Source: Camelus ferus
Lineage: Eukaryota
Direction: 5' to 3'
Assembly (NCBI RefSeq): GCF_009834535.1
Contig: NC_045697.1
Location: forward strand, 79,176,001-79,240,000
Length of the DNA stretch: 64,000 bases
In this document: piece after piece, positions 61,451 through 64,000 of the stretch
Layout: each line of letters begins with the position of its first letter
Position numbering within the stretch: the stretch's first letter is position 1
Notes under the pieces: generated by a model
The model's database searches: none
What the model was told of the DNA's origin: nothing
The model's input: only the letters and a program-made list of their open reading frames with translations
Made by a program: the position numbers and the translations under genes

Positions 61451-62999
61451 CGGCATGAACAAAGGCTTCAGGTCATATATGTTCAGAACCACTGCATTAT
61501 TTGCAATTTAAGGACCTATAGAGCATTCTATAAATAGATAATGCTCTTTTGAATTATCAGTATTTCTTTCACATTCTAAAATACTCTAACAGTTTAATAG
61601 ATTTTTCTCTCGAGCAGTTTAAACATGCCCTGCAATGCTATTTACACTATTAATTTGGTTAACAAACTCTTTCTTCGTAGATAGTATAAATGTAATTTTT
61701 ATTGTTGTTATGTTAAAACATCATAGGTTTTGAGACAATAGATTAATGATTGTTTTCTATAGTGAAATTCAAAAAGAGTAATGGATTTTTACTGAAATGG
61801 AGTTAACAGAAGATTATTAGTCAGGTAAATATGTGTCACTATTTTAGTGTTTAGAAAAAGTTTTCCATTTTCTTATATCATTACTGAGTCTTCTGTTCTG
61901 TAGAGTGCCACATTTGTTTTCACTAATAAGTAAAAATATAGTTAAAAGTAATCTCACATGCCCGTGCTGTTATGTGGCACCAGAAGAGGGCAGCAGAGAG
62001 GCTCTAGAAAGAAGAACAAATTTACAGGCTCCTAAATTGCAGAAAGGCAGTTAAAACCTTGACGTGAATGAGGAAAACATTTGTCGGGACTGACATTCTA
62101 ATTAACTGACTCTTTTGAGCTAGGGGCTAGGACATAAACATTGTTGCAGAATTTCCATAAAAATCTGATAGTGATCTTGTAAAGCAATAAGGTAAAAAAT
62201 TTGTGAAACGTCTATTAAGATTGGTGAGGATTGACACCAAGAGTTAATTTTACATCCGTTTGAAAGGAAAAGATTATAGGATGAATTAAAAGTAAGCATG
62301 TTGTTTCTTGTCGCTTCAACAACGTAGGCAGAGAATGTAATAGTTTACAGAGACAGTAAAAGGCACCTTGTCTTCTTTGAACATTAGGGATATTCTTGAA
62401 ATGAAAAGAAGTATTTCCTAGCTTATTACATTGCAGTAAGCAATGCATAGGATTACTCAACCAAGAGAGGTTGCCCAGATTTAGCTGATACCTTCTTTTA
62501 TAAACATTTGACAACAACAGATATTTTTGAGTACCTCCGATGTTCTGGAATTATTCCAGGTGCTGAATATTCCAGGCTATAGCACAGAACAGAACAGACA
62601 CATTCCCTGCCCTGTTGGAGTGTATATCATAGTGGGAAAGACAGACTTTACACAAAACCACACAATTAACTCATTAATTATAGTTGAGAGAAAAAATGGA
62701 ACACAGTCTACCACAGGGCCCTAAATAAATTAGTCTGGGTTCAGCTCCCAAACTGGAAATTAAGGGAAATTTTATAAAGGACTCAAGAACAACTTGTCTT
62801 AAGTTCTTAATACCCACTTAATATTATTTATGTCTTTTAACAATAAATAAAATGGATAAGGTAAAGTTTAGATTTGTGAAAATAACATTGCTGAAGAGAG
62901 CTGATATGCAGCAATAAAACGCTTTGCCAGTTTGAAGGGTTGTAAAATGCCCCATGCTTCCCTGACCGCCTCAACTTTAGACTTAACTCCACGTCGGTC

Positions 63000-64000
63000 A
63001 TCAGACTAGCCCGAGCTGCAACTGAGAATCTGTCCTTACTTGATCCACTCTAAATCCCAGACCCTTGCCAAACCTGAAGTGTGTATGTGTGAATATAACC
63101 CCCTACCTCCTCTTTTCCATTCATCTTCATTGCCGTCTCCCACATCCCCAATTCCCAGCTTGCCCAGGGCTCACCCACTTCTAGCCCCTCTAACCTTCCC
63201 TCTGAGTCTAGACCCCTTGGCTAAAAAAGATGATCTGTATTCTTACTTTAAGCACTTTAGACTTCTGTTTTGTTTCTTTGACCTCCGTTGTATACACTTC
63301 CCAGACCTGGATTGGCTCAACTCTCTAGGTCAGAGCTGAGACAGTCCCCCAGCTGACTCTAATCCATTATGATGGACCATAGCTGGGCTCTCAACGATGC
63401 TCATTGATTCTTTTATTCATCTCTAGTTGATTGTCTTTCCACTTCTCCAGAACACCTGTTTCTATCCAGGTTTTACCTCTTTTCAAGTTAGACTCACTCC
63501 TGCCAGATATCCAATTATTTGACCTAGGTTTTTGGGTTATCCATGGTGAACTCTCAGATTTTCTCTAAATCATTAGCTATTTGTTCCTCTCTCCATTCTG
63601 CTTCAGAAAATAAATGTTCTGCCTTGTATCCAAGCCTACTCCTGTTTTCTTAAACCAACACCTTTTTACCCATTTTGTGATTTTTCTTATTGTTCATAGT
63701 CCCTTTCATTCCTCTCTCTTTTTAAAACCTTTTGCCTTCTGACATCTGCTTAGCCTACACATGTCAACATCTAACGATTCTTATGAAATGTTGATTTCCT
63801 TTGAGAATGCAGTCTTTCTCCTCCCTTTAATAGTAGTGCTTCTCGAAATAGTAGTCTATACCTAGCCCTTTCACTTCCTTGTTTATCACTCACCCATCAG
63901 CTTCTGGTCTGTCCTCTTCTGAAATGTCTGTTCACAAGACCAGTGAGAACTTCCCGATAACCCGATCAAGTTGCTTCTGGGTCGTTACCCTGGGGCTTCC
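63000..64000 (+). mobile_element. Old L2-like sequence
   Basis: Pyrimidine-rich; ends gaaatgtctgttcacaagaccagtgagaacttcc, similar to L2 ORF2. Confidence 0.45.

Noticed and set aside
62215..62517. 100-aa minus-strand ORF
   Set aside because: Non-ATG start, no motif, no exon boundaries
44810..64000. ALPK1 coding exons
   Set aside because: No segment translating to the ALPK1 N-terminus (MNNQKV..., as recalled) was found; coding exons presumably lie beyond the window
1..64000. CRISPR array, rRNA or prokaryotic operon-type systems
   Set aside because: Sequence is mammalian; no regularly spaced repeat-spacer array or rRNA-like segment seen

Overview
Mammalian (AT-rich, intron- and repeat-rich) genomic DNA, probably from a camelid, because two tRNA-derived SINEs match the camelid Vic-1 type as I recall it. 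The window spans the AP1AR-TIFA-ALPK1 locus. On the + strand are coding exons 2-10 and the 3' UTR of AP1AR/gadkin (8047-~23630; exon 1 lies upstream of the window). On the - strand is TIFA, with an intact single-exon 184-aa CDS (29728-30282) and a CpG-island promoter (~34860-35560). On the + strand, head-to-head with TIFA, are the promoter and first two non-coding exons of ALPK1 (~44680-44809 and 57288-57339); no ALPK1 coding exon is in the window. The rest is mostly old and lineage-specific transposons (Tigger1, MER82, MER44, L1, L2, MIR, ERV/MaLR LTRs), several nested with recognisable target-site duplications. Main leads: the ADP-heptose sensor kinase and its substrate sharing a divergent, possibly doubly bidirectional regulatory block with kB/IRF/C-EBP/ETS motifs; a strong splice donor that could add a 9-aa in-frame N-terminal extension to TIFA; uORFs in the ALPK1 leader; and a cluster of antisense exon-like units plus an LTR promoter in ALPK1 intron 1. 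Gene and repeat-family names rest on recalled sequence similarity, not database searches; repeat boundaries are approximate.
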